64,000 bases of DNA from the human T2T-CHM13v2.0 reference genome, Homo sapiens. Below the pieces are notes generated by a model, which worked only from the letters and a program-made list of their open reading frames with translations, made no database searches and had not been told where the DNA came from. This document shows, piece by piece, positions 37,190-51,150 of the stretch. Position 1 is the stretch's first letter. The number at the start of each line of letters is the position of its first letter. The stretch lies in the NCBI RefSeq assembly GCF_009914755.1, contig NC_060942.1; one strand, 5' to 3'. Position numbers and translations under genes: made by a program.

Positions 37190-38190
37190 TCCTTCATTCA
37201 TCAGATCCGTACTGCATGCTAGTGTGCACAGGGCCCTGTTCTAGGTGCTGAAGAGCCGCAGCGCACAAGCACTTGCCTTCTTGGAGCGTGCATTCTAGGG
37301 AGGGGAGGTGGACATTAAGTAAAATGTAAAAGGTCAAATGCTGAGAAGTCTGCAGAAAAATCAAGCAGAGAAGGGGGCTAGGGGTTCCCAGGGAGGACAC
37401 AGGAGATTTTAATGTTAAATGGAATGGACCGGAAAGTCCTCAGTGTAAAGACGATTTTGAGCAAAGGCCTGAAGAATCTGAGAGAGCAAGTCTTGGGGAT
37501 ACTGGGGCAAGAACCGCCCAGGCGGCGGATTTCAGAGGCCCGGAAGTGGAAACCTGCCTGGTGTGTCTGAGGGCGGTGGCAGAAGTGGGTAGAGGGAGCA
37601 AGAGAGCAGGGGCAGGGGAGCTGACAACAGCTGGTGTGCGAAGCACTGCACTGGCGCCTCCTCTACTGAGTATTAGAAGAACTTCGATTTTACTCTAGGG
37701 GGGATTGGAAGCCATTGAGGGTTTTCAGCAGACAAGTGACTTGCTCAGACTTAAAGAGGGTCATTTTGTCTGTTGTTTTGAGAGCAGCCTAGGAAGGGGC
37801 CAGGGTGGAAGCAGTGAGTCAAGCTGGGGGTGGTTTCAGGAGCTTTGAGTGATAGGGGAGTGCCTTACCCTGGGGTGGTGGTTGTGGACGGGAAGCAGGG
37901 CTGCTCTGGGTGTATTTTGAAGTTATTATTGAGTGTGAGACGTGAGAGAAACCAAAGATAAGGATGACTCCAAGGTTTTTTGCCTGATCCCCTGGAAGGA
38001 TGGCATTGCCTGATCCCCTGGAAGGATGGCATTGCCTGGGGAAGCCCACAGGTGGAGCAGTTTGTGAGATGGTCAAGTGCAGTTTTGACATGTTAATTTT
38101 GAGATTTAAAGTAGACACTTGTATATATGCATCTAGAGTTCTGGGGAGACATTTTGGCTGGAGGGATAGGTTTGGGTAACTTCAGTGTTG
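37190..38190 (-). mobile_element. L2 remnant
   Basis: cattcattcat 3' terminus, ccctgttctaggtgctg, ggaagccattgagggttttcagcag, gatgactccaaggtttt. Confidence 0.65.
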
Positions 38191-38258
38191 TTCTTTTCAA
38201 TCCGTAAGATGCCCATACAATATGGAATTATATTTTGATCATTTTTCTCCCACTCTAG

Positions 38259-38431
38259 GTGAAAGGCCGTTCAAATGTAGTGAATGTGGAAAGGCTTTTA
38301 ACCAGAAGGGGGCACTGCAGACCCACATGATCAAGCACACAGGTGAAAAACCCCATGCCTGTGCCTTCTGTCCTGCCGCCTTCTCTCAGAAAGGGAATCT
38401 TCAGTCGCACGTGCAGCGAGTCCACTCAGAG
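38259..38431 (+). CDS. ZNF236: ZNF236 coding exon E (ZF7, ZF8)
   Basis: cactctag|GTGAAA...TCAGAG|gtaaac; 173 nt, phase 1 to 0; [57 protein letters not shown]. Confidence 0.96.
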
Positions 38432-39986
38432 GTAAACACGGGTTGGGGGCATAAGCGGTATTTCACAGGGGACAGTAGGTATCTTTTGGGTTAATAAACG
38501 GACCTGAGAAATTCTTTTCCATTTAAAAAAATGCAGATTGATTTTGTGCCGAGCAGACCCTGTTTTAAAAAATACATACGTGGGAATTTTTTTGGTTTAT
38601 TACATGTGGAAGAAATATAAACTACTATCTTTTTTGTCTTCTTGCTGACAGCATGGCTTTGGGGAATAAATATTTGAAAATAATCCTAATACCTTTGTTA
38701 GTTATAGTCTGTCATTCTAAATAATGTATTTCATCCCTTTAGCAAACTTGAAACACAGGCAAGTGTAAGAAATTAAAAGATAAGAAATAAAATTGGGAAA
38801 AAAAAGTGTTTTTCTTACTGCTAATACTACAGAGCTCATATGGTACATGTCCGTTCCCTCTTGGACAGAGGCCTGCTTTGTTCATTTCCTTCCATGCTGC
38901 TTGTCCAGTCTTTCGACTAAAATGATGATTTCCTGTGGTAATTTTCTGTTGTCTACAGAGCATACTGATGTGTAGATCCTGCAAGTATTTCTGTAAAGCA
39001 GGTCAACCTTTGCTCTAACTAACCATCGTGACTTATTGATTTATATTCTAATTGTAGAATACAAAGAAATATTTAAACAACACAAATACTTTTATCATGG
39101 ATCAGTATATCCTATGGAATGATTTTGCAGAATGAAAACTATCATATTCTTGGGAGCAAATGTGTATCTCTTAATTTTTTACTTAGAATAATACCTTAAC
39201 TAACACTGAAGTGAACTTAGAGTTAATACTCACTATCCAAATTTAATAAAAACAAGTAGAAGCTGTCTTTGATCTTAGATAAACAGAATGTCTAAAATGA
39301 AAAAGAGAATCTAAAATGAGAAAAAAACCCTGCACATCTCACGTAGTTTTATGAACAGATTCACAGTTCCATGTTCAATGAGTTAATCTTTTTAGTATCT
39401 AAGACCCAGAGACATTAGGAAGGCATGTCAGTGTTAGTGAGGTACTGAGGTTACCTTTAGATTTCGGAAGAATAAATTTGGGCTGTTGTAAGTCATTCTT
39501 GTGGTGTTGCCTCTGGGTGAAGATGATTGCATAGGAAGGATCGTCTATTTGTGTAGCACACAGAAATGCCTCACTGGAACCTTAGAGGAGCCTTGTGAGG
39601 TACTTGTCAGTACTCCTGAGTTTAGAAAACTCCCCCTATGCTAAAGGGCCCAGAGACTCACCTGTTGCCACTGAGAAGTGCTCTCGGACCTGCACTAGAA
39701 TGGGTTGTTCCAGAAAGAGCCTCTAAAGATTGGTTCATAAATATTATCCAATTTTGTAAGAATCTAAATTTGGTTCTTAGAGAGGCACCAGAAACAGAAT
39801 GGAAGTCTTACTCAAGTTCGGAAGGGGCCAATGGGTTTTCAAGCTAGCCTTCATAGTTCTACAGTAACTAACACTGGGTTTTAGTAATAGAGAAAGAATA
39901 TTTTAGGTATTTTCTCTGTTCACAGCTGTTCTTACTCATTTTACTGGTTTCCATGGTTTCTGGATTTATCATAGCTTTAAAAATTA

Positions 39987-40290
<304 letters not shown>

Positions 40291-40775
40291 TTAGTTGTTG
40301 ATACAGAATATCAAAATTGATGAAAAGTTCATATATCATTATGACCATCTTTCCTAACCTCTGTGGTTTTGGCCATCTGAAAGCATATTTGGTGTAATAT
40401 GTATTTATATATAACTGTCTGGCCTTTGCTATTGAACATTGTATTCAACTGTTTAAAAAACTGAGAATATCTTATGCCTGACAGTTTGTTTTTGTTAAAT
40501 TACAATAATTGAAAAATGTGTTTTCTCACTCTTGAATAATTTCTATTTTATAGAAAAGACTGAAATTTCAATTCATCTTATACCGGCAATATTGTTTAAA
40601 GAGTAGGGTCATTGATTCTAGAACTATCTAATTTAAAAGAAAAAAGGTAATGTTGAAGGGTTAGATTATTTCTGTCATTTTGAATGGAATGGTAAATTAT
40701 GATTTGCCATAATTTAGATGTTTAAATTTAACAATTAATTGTAAAACATCATTTTTTTCCTTTTTATTCTTTAAG

Positions 40776-40919
40776 GTCAAGAATGGTCCTACCTATAACT
40801 GTACAGAATGTAGTTGTGTATTTAAAAGTTTAGGCAGCTTAAACACGCATATCAGCAAGATGCATATGGGTGGGCCACAGAATTCAACAAGTTCTACAGA
40901 GACTGCTCATGTTTTAACG
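40776..40919 (+). CDS. ZNF236: ZNF236 coding exon F (ZF9)
   Basis: ttctttaag|GTCAAG...TTAACG|gtaagt; 144 nt, phase 0-0; [48 protein letters not shown]. Confidence 0.95.
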
Positions 40920-41386
40920 GTAAGTTTAGTAATTTGGAAGAACTTCTTTTTAAACTAAAATCTGTCATTTTAAATATGACCTTTACAATTGAATATTTAG
41001 TAGCAAAAAGGTGCTATGAAAATTTTTTATATGGAGAAAAGGTGCTACTTTTTAAAGAATTAAAGTCAATCTTTTAAAATTTGAGAATAATAATTAGATG
41101 ACTGATTCAGACTGTCATCTGAACCTGTGAAAATAAGACAAACTGTAATCATTAATTTGTGAAATGATGATTTCTACAGTGTTATTGATGATTATTGAAT
41201 ATTCTTTAAATTATAATTTAAGAATTAATTATCCTTTGTAGGTAATATTTCTCTTTTCTTATGTGACAGTGATAATTTTTCCTAAGTCTTTGGACTTTTG
41301 AAACTAAATTATATTTTTCAGTACATGTAGTTAAAAATTGTATGACTCTAAATACATATGCCTACACACAGAGAGACACAGGTGCG

Positions 41387-41406
41387 CACACACACACACA
41401 CACACA
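41387..41406. repeat. (CA)n microsatellite
   Basis: About 10 CA units. Confidence 0.9.
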
Positions 41407-42880
41407 GGGACATACACCCACTCTTATTTTTTCTGTAGGCGTCTTTAGCTCAGTCTCATTTAGTTACTTGTACTGCACTACCCTCTCAACAGATTAATAA
41501 ATGGTAAAATTTAAGCATCAACTATAGGTATCTTAATAGTAGTAGACATTAAATACGAAAGTGTCGGAAGTTTTAATGTATGCTTATGAATGCAGTTACT
41601 TGGTTGTATTATGTCAACAGCTGCCTCCTACCAGTATGGAAAATAAGTCTAATTAATACTTAGTTTTTAAACATTAGGTTTACCTTTAGTGTTTGTTTTT
41701 TCTTTTCTTTTTTCATAATATTTGCAGTGTGGGATGGTTCCTCAATATATTCTTGACCAGGTAGAATGTTGTAAAATGAATTATAAAGCTGGAGAATAGA
41801 GTCCAATAATTATGTCTTCAAAATTCTATTTTGGTCTGAATTTTTTTAAATACAATTTTTAACGTTGTGTAAATCAACCGAGTATTAGTTTTCATCATTT
41901 CCTTTGGCAATATGCAAATCAAAACATAGATGTAGTGAATAATCTAGAAAAATAGTCCAGATCATTTTAAACATTTATATTCTCAATAAAAAGAAATGTA
42001 ATTATAGGGATTTAGAAACCTGGAATCTCCCTTATACTCTTACTTGGGCAGGTAAGAACATAGCAGTTTTTACAGACAATTTGGGCAGAAAGTACAGAGA
42101 GCTACCATATACTCCTCTTCTCTTGTGCTCAGTTTCCCACATTTCTGACATGGTGCATCGGTCGGGTACATTTGTTACAACTGGTGAACGAATGTGGATA
42201 TATTATTATTAGTAACCAAAGTCCATAGTTTTTGTCAGGGTTCACTCTCAGAGTTGTCCATTCAACGGGTTTTGACAAAGGTAGAGTGTCCTGTCCACAC
42301 CCTCACAGTGTCGTATGGGTAGTTTCCCTGCCATCCGTTTTCTTCTGGATGGGACATTTCGGATTCCCGAGCCCTGCAGGGGTGGGACTGGCTCTCTCTC
42401 CCATCACAGCCCTTTCCTCTGACTTAGGTTTTCTTGGCTGTAGCATTACAGCGCCTTTATTCCTCCAGTCTCCTTGCAGGAAGAATTTTTTCACAAATGT
42501 GTTGAATTATTTTGACTGCAGTGGTTTCTTTCCTACTTTTTAAATTTGTGTAACTTGATATTTTAAAAATTCCTTCACTTCAATTTTATGGGCTAACAGG
42601 AAGGTGAGGGTTCACGTGCTCAATCTGCCATCTTGAGTCTCTATGCTCACTGGAAAAAACTGTACAAAATTGCATTAGAACAATGTATTGAGTATATTAA
42701 GAGCCAATATCGTGCCAAACACCAGAATCAGTGAGGCATTATATTTAAAATTTATGTTTAGGATACTCTTAGATTTTAACACCCTTAAGGAGGGTATTGC
42801 CTGTTTTTTTTTTTTTTAATTTTCCTTTTTAAATTGAAGAGCAAAATTGTATTTTTAATGAAAATGTTTCTGTGTTTCAG

Positions 42881-43084
42881 GCCACACTTTTTCAGACGTT
42901 ACCTCTTCAACAGACGGAAGCCCAAGCCACGTCGGCCTCAAGCCAGCCGAGCTCCCAGGCGGTGAGCGACGTCATCCAGCAGCTCCTGGAGCTCTCAGAG
43001 CCGGCGCCGGTGGAGTCGGGGCAGTCCCCGCAGCCTGGGCAGCAGCTGAGCATCACAGTGGGCATCAACCAGGACATTTTACAG
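42881..43084 (+). CDS. ZNF236: ZNF236 coding exon G (Q/S/P-rich linker)
   Basis: tgtgtttcag|GCCACA...TTACAG|gtgaag; 204 nt, phase 0-0; [15 protein letters not shown]...[11 protein letters not shown]. Confidence 0.94.
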
Positions 43085-44051
43085 GTGAAGCACGCTTCCC
43101 TGCGGTGTGAGGCTTACGTGCTCGTGCTGGGTCAGAAACCAGGGATGATAATTGAGAATAAATCTGCAGGGCTTGTCAAAGTCAGGGTATCCTCATGAAA
43201 AATGTGCCTGAACCGAAAGAAATTAATATGCCTACTTAATTGCTTATGGACGGCGCAACATTCAAATGATTTATTCATCTATACATTAAAAAAAAAATCA
43301 CAAACTTTTATTTTTTTTCCATAAGTGAACTTTACTTGAAAAGAACAGGCTTTTCCGAAGTTGTATCTATTTATGTTGACAGAGGTGGAAAAAGCGTTTT
43401 ATTCTTTCTTGAGGTTCTGGTTTATGATTTGGAGACAGTCATGGGTGTTGACAATTCTGAGAGCGTTCATACTGCCTGGCCTTCTCTCGTGGGTGTGTGG
43501 GCAGCACCTGCACGTGTGGGAGAGGAGGGGGGCAGGAGCGCAGAGCCCCCAGCTTTCTAGTCCACCGTGACTTCACACTAACTCTTCACTCCTCCTGTCT
43601 CTCTGTTACTTGTTTAACCTTCCTCCTGTACCTTCATGGGGAAGAGCTGGCCAGGGGTATGAGGAATCTCAGGGTGTCGTTCTACAGCCGATACCTGAAA
43701 GTTAAACCCAGTGTAACTCAAAAGCCTTAAAATAGGGATTCCCAAGACTATTTAGAGACAACCAAAGTTGTGTGAGGTAAGATTTCTGAAAGTCAAATAA
43801 ATTTTAATTCCCTTTAATTTAGAAATGTAAATGCTTATATTAATTTGGGTGGGAGCAAGATGTCATATCATCAGAAAGGACGTTACAGCCTCAAAGGGTT
43901 GGAAGCCTCACTTATAAGTGATGACTTGGAATTGTAGATTCTTATTTCTTGGAGTGGAATTAGAATTCTATAGGTAAAGCTTTTGACTGATTTTGGTAGG
44001 CAGAGTTGGGCCATCGTTACCTTCTAACCTTTTAGTTTTGTTCTGTCTTAG

Positions 44052-44280
44052 CAAGCCTTAGAAAACAGTGGGCTGTCTTCAATTCCAGCTGCAGCACATC
44101 CTAATGACTCCTGCCATGCCAAGACCTCTGCACCACACGCTCAAAACCCAGATGTTTCCAGCGTTTCAAATGAGCAGACGGACCCCACAGACGCAGAGCA
44201 AGAAAAAGAACAGGAAAGCCCGGAGAAACTGGATAAAAAAGAAAAAAAAATGATAAAGAAGAAGTCACCGTTTCTACCTG
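44052..44280 (+). CDS. ZNF236: ZNF236 coding exon H (acidic linker, then polybasic [10 protein letters not shown])
   Basis: ctgtcttag|CAAGCC...CTACCTG|gtaatt; 229 nt, phase 0 to 1; [17 protein letters not shown]...[19 protein letters not shown]. Confidence 0.94.
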
Positions 44281-46197
44281 GTAATTTTCCTAAACTTTAA
44301 AGTTTGGACATTTGGGATAGCATATTGCTGGTTTTTAAGAAATGTGCCCTTCTTTTTTCCTCTGAAGGTGATAGGATATGTTTGTTGAATGTTTTGTAGC
44401 TAGCTGTAGTTGGTTGGTATTTAAAATTAAAAAGAATGACAGCCATAAAATGCCTGAAACTTATCACTTTTCTTTAACCTGGCTTCTTTCCTGTATTCAG
44501 TTTCTCCTGACTCCTCGCCAGGGCTTGAAAGCTTCTTGTCTCTGTCTGTTCTCTTGAAAGCTTGTTGTCTCCGACTGTTCTCTCTCTGCCCTGCTTAGGC
44601 GCCTCCTCTCCACTCAGATCCATGGCTTTGCTTCAGTTCTTCTCACCCTTGGTGCTTCTGGCATCCAGCCATGTGATTTTAGTAGCCTCTGACTAGTCCT
44701 TTCCTCTTCATCATCAAAGGACCCCTGCAGCACAGCTCCCTCCTCCACACCTCACCATTTCCCATTACACACCAAGATCCATTTCTTGGCTCCTGAGTAT
44801 CCTGTCACCTGTCCCCTGCATTTCCATCCGCCCTCCCTCTGTGCTTCTAGGCACAAACTTATTAGACATCATACTGAAACTGGATTCCTGCTGTTTCTAG
44901 GCATCCCTGTGTTTCTGCACATCATGCTTTCTGCAGGCTTTCTGCAGCAAGGATGCCTTCCTTCTACCTCTTCCTCTGGTCTCTGTCAAATCTTGGCCGT
45001 CATTCAAGCATCTTCAGTGCTCCGTCATTCAAGCATCTTCAGTGCTCCTCCTCGTGGATGGACTCTGAGGGGTGCTTTTCCTTGTCCTACCTCCCACAGC
45101 ACTTAGAGTGTTTAGGATTCCTGCGTTCTCTCATGTTAATTGTGCACAGATGCAGTCTAATATCCCTTCTAGGTAATAAGCTCTTTCTGGCCAGGAATAC
45201 AGCCTTCTCATTTCTGAACACCCCACAGTGCTCAATATGGCTCTTTCTACAGGAGCAGGAATTTACTACATCTTTCTTGAAAAAGACAGATTCCTGTGTT
45301 TTTGGCAAAACTGTTCTGTGAAAACCTTTCCCAGTTGTCTTGGGGAACAAGTGCATTCTTGCTACAAAGCATGGAATAACATTGCCATTTCTGTTAACAC
45401 TTCTTTCCTAGAATACATTTTCTCATGTATAACATGATTCTGAAGTTCTTGTTTCTCAAACCACACTAGTCAGGCTCTTCTTCCCCTTGATCTGGACTTC
45501 TTCTCCCCAAGGAAAGACAGGATGCTGGAATCTAAGCAGTTTCTCCCGCACAGTTTCCTGGTATCTGGCAGGGCAGGAAAGGAAAACAGGAGCCATTTCC
45601 GTATATTTCGATTAGCTGTGTGGTAGTCTTCCAGGTTACAGGTGTGTTTTGTATTCCTGAGAATCTGATGCAGATTTATTACCTCTGTGCGAGTGCCCGC
45701 CTGAGCCCCACGGGCTACTGTCTCTAGTCATTGTGCTAAATCGGATGCTTTCACATGGGCAGCAAGCCACTGAGTGAGGAGCCACGTCAGACCTTCTCCT
45801 TCCTGAGAGTACACATAGCCATGGTCCTTAGACCGAGAAGGTGAGCACCACCCCGTGCTGCTCCTTCCAGACCTTCACCCGCATGTGCTGGTGAAGCAGC
45901 TTTCTCCCTGCACCAAGTACTAGCCAGGGAATTCCACATGGAATTGCAAGAAACCTTCCTGTACGGTATTCTAGTTTGGGGTGCTGTGTTTACAGAGTTG
46001 GTAACAATTAGGTACTTTCTGGACTACTTGAATCAATCAAATACACATGTAGAGTACTGAGCAAGTGCATGCAGTTCTAATAATTTCCCATTACATTCAT
46101 GGGATCCCTAGTACAAGTTGGAGCCAGTGCTTTTTTTTTTTTTTTTTTTTTTTAAGTGACCTCTCTAATATGGTGATGAGAAAACCATTGGGGATTT

Positions 46198-46495
46198 TTA
46201 TTTTTTTTGAGACTGGGTCTTGCTGTGTTGTCCAGGCTAGAGTACAGTGGTGCAATTATAGCTCACTGTAGCCTTGAACTCCTGGGCTCAAGCAATCCTC
46301 CTCCCTCGACCTCCTGAGTAGCTGGGACTGCAGGCATGTGCCACCACATATGGCTAGTGAAAAACACTTCTTTTTGTAGAGCTGAGGTCTTGCTATGTTG
46401 CCCAGGCTGGTCTTAAATTCCTGGCCTCAAGTGATCCTCTTGCCCCAGCCTCCCAAAATGCTGGGATTACAGGCATGAGCTACCACACTTAGCCT
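46198..46495 (-). mobile_element. AluJ
   Basis: gtagccttgaactcctgggctcaagcaatcctc diagnostics. Confidence 0.9.
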
Positions 46496-46886
46496 GGGGA
46501 CACGTTTCTATATAAAGATGTTCCTTTTAATTAAAACTTTTCAATTACTAGTGTACTTTTAACATAGTGATTATATCTGAAAATACCTCTCCAAGGATGG
46601 AGTATCATTTGATATCTTAGAAAGACCATGAGGAAAACTATTCTTGTCTCGTAAGTCATAACATTAATTGCTTATAACTAACCTTCATTACGTTCCTAAG
46701 TTAAGCATACTCCGCCATGTAAAATTATTGCTTTTGATTTATTCACTTTTATCAGAGTGAATGTTTTCGGCGGGATTTGCTTGGTTTGAAGAAGTTATAT
46801 TAAAAATTTAACAAATGCTTTTATAGTTATCATGCAACTTGTGACACATAAATCATTGTGAATTTTTAGTAAAGTTTGAAATTTAT

Positions 46887-47183
46887 GACCAGGTGCAGTG
46901 GCTCGTGCCTGTAATCCCAGCACTTTGGGAGGCCGAGGTGGGTGGATCATGAGGTCAGGAGTTTGAGACCAGCCTGGACAACATGGTGAAACCCCGTCTC
47001 TATTAAAAATACAAAAAATTAGCTGGGTGTGGTAGCGGGCACCTGTAATCCCAGCTACTCAGGAGGCTGAGGCAGGATAATCGCTTGAACCCGGGAAGTG
47101 GAGTTTGCAGTGAGCCGAGATCATGCCATTGGACTCCAGCCCCGGCGACAGTGTGAGACTCCATCTCAAAAAAAAAAAAAAAG
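46887..47183 (+). mobile_element. AluS
   Basis: Full dimer; TSD GAAATTTAT. Confidence 0.92.
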
Positions 47184-49844
47184 AAATTTATCGTGGTGAA
47201 ATATTGCCTATCTAGAAATCATGGTGAATGGTGTTTTGGAAAGCTGATGATTGACTCCTTTAAGGATGAAAATGGTATGGTATAGTGAAACTATTGTGTG
47301 TGGAAACTTTTCTAAAAGTCCTTGCATACTTTACCTTCTTAGATCAGAGTGTGGTCTTGTTAACTTAGCCACTTCTTGATGACCTGGGGTCACTGCCGTG
47401 AACTTCGGTGTACTCTACTGGGCTGTAATTGGCTGGCATCCTACTGTCCTATTTCAGTCCACGGGCTCCAGGATGGTGTGGCTCTTAGACTCATCTGCTT
47501 TTTGAAATTATTATCTCTGCAAGTGTGCTTTTTAAACATTCACTGTAACAAACCTCCCACGTTCTTCTTTTGTTGTTTGTGGTCTGCCAAGTTCTTACAG
47601 CTCAGATAAATTTGATTTTTATAATTGCGTAAAAGCTAAGTGCAGGTAGCCTTTCTCCTTCTCCGTGGGGTCTGCATCCATGAGTGCAACCGACCTCATA
47701 TCAGAAAATCCTCAGTAAGTGTACTGCAGTAAGCCCAAAGCAGTGTTAAAAATACTAGTGTGAATGGCACACAAAAATTGCTTTTTTCCCCCCTAAATTA
47801 TTAACTGGAATTCTCATTGTGAAGTAGACCCAGGGAGATGCAGTCCTTAGGGTTCCCGCCCTGGAAGAGTACCTTTAAAGAATTCTCATAAAACTTTAGC
47901 CTCAGGCTGCTGAAGCACTTGACAAAAGTCCTAAATCATTCCTGGGGCGGCGTGCGAGGAGGGCAGGTTTCCTTGGTGAAGATGCTCAGTGCATCCTGGG
48001 CTGCATCGGAGATGCACTGTTCTCAGTGTCACTGTGTAACCACATAAGGCAGTACTGTTTGTGCATCTGCCAGGACAGAGATTTGTTTTCAAGGTTCTGG
48101 GAACCACATGGGGGCAATGCACTTATAAACAGGAGCAAGAAATCCCACAGTCCCTCCAAACCTCCCTGAGGTTCTCAACTTTGAAGGACAAAACCCGTTT
48201 CTGTGCACTTGGATCTGGATATTCAGCTGCTCCTGTGAGACAGTAACCAGCACTCATTCTCTGTTCTCTGTACCTTCACTCATTCCACTGCCTGTGACTG
48301 ACAGAAGGGAGGCAAAGTAACTCCTCGGCAGCATCTGCCTTTCTCAGCAGCAGACTGGTTGTTTTCTTCTGCTGGTCAGAGCAATTCTTCAACAACTGCA
48401 TGAGCAGAGGCATGAACATCTGTCGTAAAATGGGGATACCTGTGTCTTAGGCTTGGCTGTAATCTGCTTGATAAAAGGAATGAGTTCCTGGGGGTCTCTT
48501 CCTTCATAGTCTTTGAGCACATGTCTGAGCAGACAAGAGGAACAGAAGGACTTCTTCCTCCAGGCAAGTAATCATGCAATGAGGAAGAACATGGGACCTC
48601 TGCTTCTGAGCATATCCTTCTGTAAGGCACAGCTGAGGGCTGATGAGAATATCTGTAAACAGTTCAGAGCCTCTGAACAGCCACGCCATTCCCCAGTCTG
48701 CTCGCTGCTCTGGCAAGTCCAGCACCATGGTTGAAGCAGTCTGTTATAGATGCCTGCCTTTCTTCCCCTGCGGTCAGCATCAGTGTTCCTAACAGAAGTT
48801 TAAACTTTTCCATCAGTGGAGTCTACAGATTCCTCAATTAATGCTTGCTTCCTTTTTGATGGGTGTTTACTGTCAATAATTGGTATTCCGGCTGTCTTGT
48901 AAACAAATAGTTGATTATTGTTCTTCAGTAAGGACTGCTAACCATTCTCAGTGGAGAAAGCCCTGATAAGTCTTCTATTCTATTGAGAATATCCTCAGTG
49001 AAAGGATTCATTGTTTCTTGAGAGATCTGACAAATCTAAAGAACTGCCAAGCAGTTCCGCTGCACGCTTTTGCGCTACAGTGTTGCAGACCCCCTGTGAT
49101 CTAAGAAAGCCATTAATACCCACGGAATGTGTTGAGATTCAGCAGTAAAGAACTTTCCTGTCTGACAAGTTCCGAAAAACTCATGTCACACATAAGAGCT
49201 AACTCCTGACATTACCAACGGCTGTGTCATATTTGCAGAGCACTAGCCATTGAACCAGCACCTGAGAAGGGGGCACCATGAGATCCTGGAAGAGCTTCTG
49301 CCAATTTCTATAGCAAGCCTGCTGCTCCTGCAGCTTCTGTAAACCGTGTAGCCTACCAGTGCTGTGGTGTCGAAATATAAACTGCGCAGGAGTCAGCAGT
49401 ACCTTGGTGAAGCTTGAGCTAGCCGGTCCAACAGTAACTTCTGTTGTTTTTTATAGTTGACAAACATGGCTTCATCGTTACTCTCGTTTTCAAAGATAGG
49501 GTCTTCATCATAAGTTCCTTTGTGGCAACTGACATGATTGCCGCTGCACCGGCTTTCTGCTGATCTAAGATGTTTCAAAATCTGAACATAATCACAGCAA
49601 AAGCCAGTATCTTAGAGGAGGTCCCGTCATCAGGAGCTAGTCACCGCAGCGTCAGTGCCATCCTTGTTTCAGCAGCTTCTAGTGCCTCTTGAGCATTCTT
49701 GATATCCCCATTCTGAATTCACGTAGTCCAGCTAACTATCAGTGACTGTCTCTTTCCTGTGACCAGCTGAGAAAACCTGGCCAGGAAATCAACATCATCT
49801 TCGTGGTCAATGCTGAAAAACCCAGCAGACTGTAGTACTTGTTA

Positions 49845-50163
<319 letters not shown>

Positions 50164-50311
50164 AAAAAGATTCTACTAGCTCCATTTCATCAGCAGGGTC
50201 CGTTCCTCGATTTACAGTTTCAGATATCCAGTCACGTGCTTCTGTTAACCCAGTCCTAGCAGCATATCTATAAACCTATCATTGGTTGAGGGCCAGGTTT
50301 ATGTAAGAGGC

Positions 50312-50672
50312 TGTATTAGTCTGTTCTCATGCTTATAATAATGACATACCAGAGACTGGGTAATTTATAAAGGAAAGAGGTTTAATTGACTCATAGTTCC
50401 ACATGGCTGGGGAGGCCTCACAATGATGGCAGAAGGTGAATAAGGAGCAAAGTCACATCTTACATGGCTACAGGCAAGAGAGACATGTACAGGGCAACTG
50501 CCCTTTATAAAACCATTAGGCCCCGTGAGACTTATTCAGTGTCAAGAGAACAGCACAGGAGAAACACACCCGCATGATTCAGTTACCTCCCACCAGGTCC
50601 CTCCCACGACATGTGGGGATTATTAGCATTCAAGGTGAGATTTGGGTGGGGACACAGAGCCAAACCATATCA
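50312..50672 (-). mobile_element. THE1-family (MaLR) solo LTR inserted in the XPOT pseudogene
   Basis: Minus strand starts TGATATGGTTTGGCTCTGTGTCCCCACCCAAATCTC and ends ...CTAATACA; 5-bp TSD GAGGC at 50307-50311 and 50673-50677. Confidence 0.92.
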
Positions 50673-50858
50673 GAGGCTTTTGTGTGAAGCCCCAAGACCC
50701 AGCACTGACCTGTTGCTTCTGATTTGTATAATGATTATTTGGTAAGATTTGCTGCCGTGGTTCCACCAGGTTTGAATGCACTGTTCCTAGTGTTCTAGTA
50801 GGTCTGCTACTGAGAGAGTGTTTAGAAAAAAAAAAAAAAAAAAGCATAAAAAACAAAT

Positions 50859-51150
<292 letters not shown>

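Noticed and set aside
37540-37548. ETS/GABP motif CCGGAAGTG
   Set aside because: Single short motif inside an L2 remnant with no promoter context.
43157-43162. AATAAA after exon G as an intronic poly(A) signal
   Set aside because: Cleavage would precede the read-through stop at 43196-43198; likely chance.
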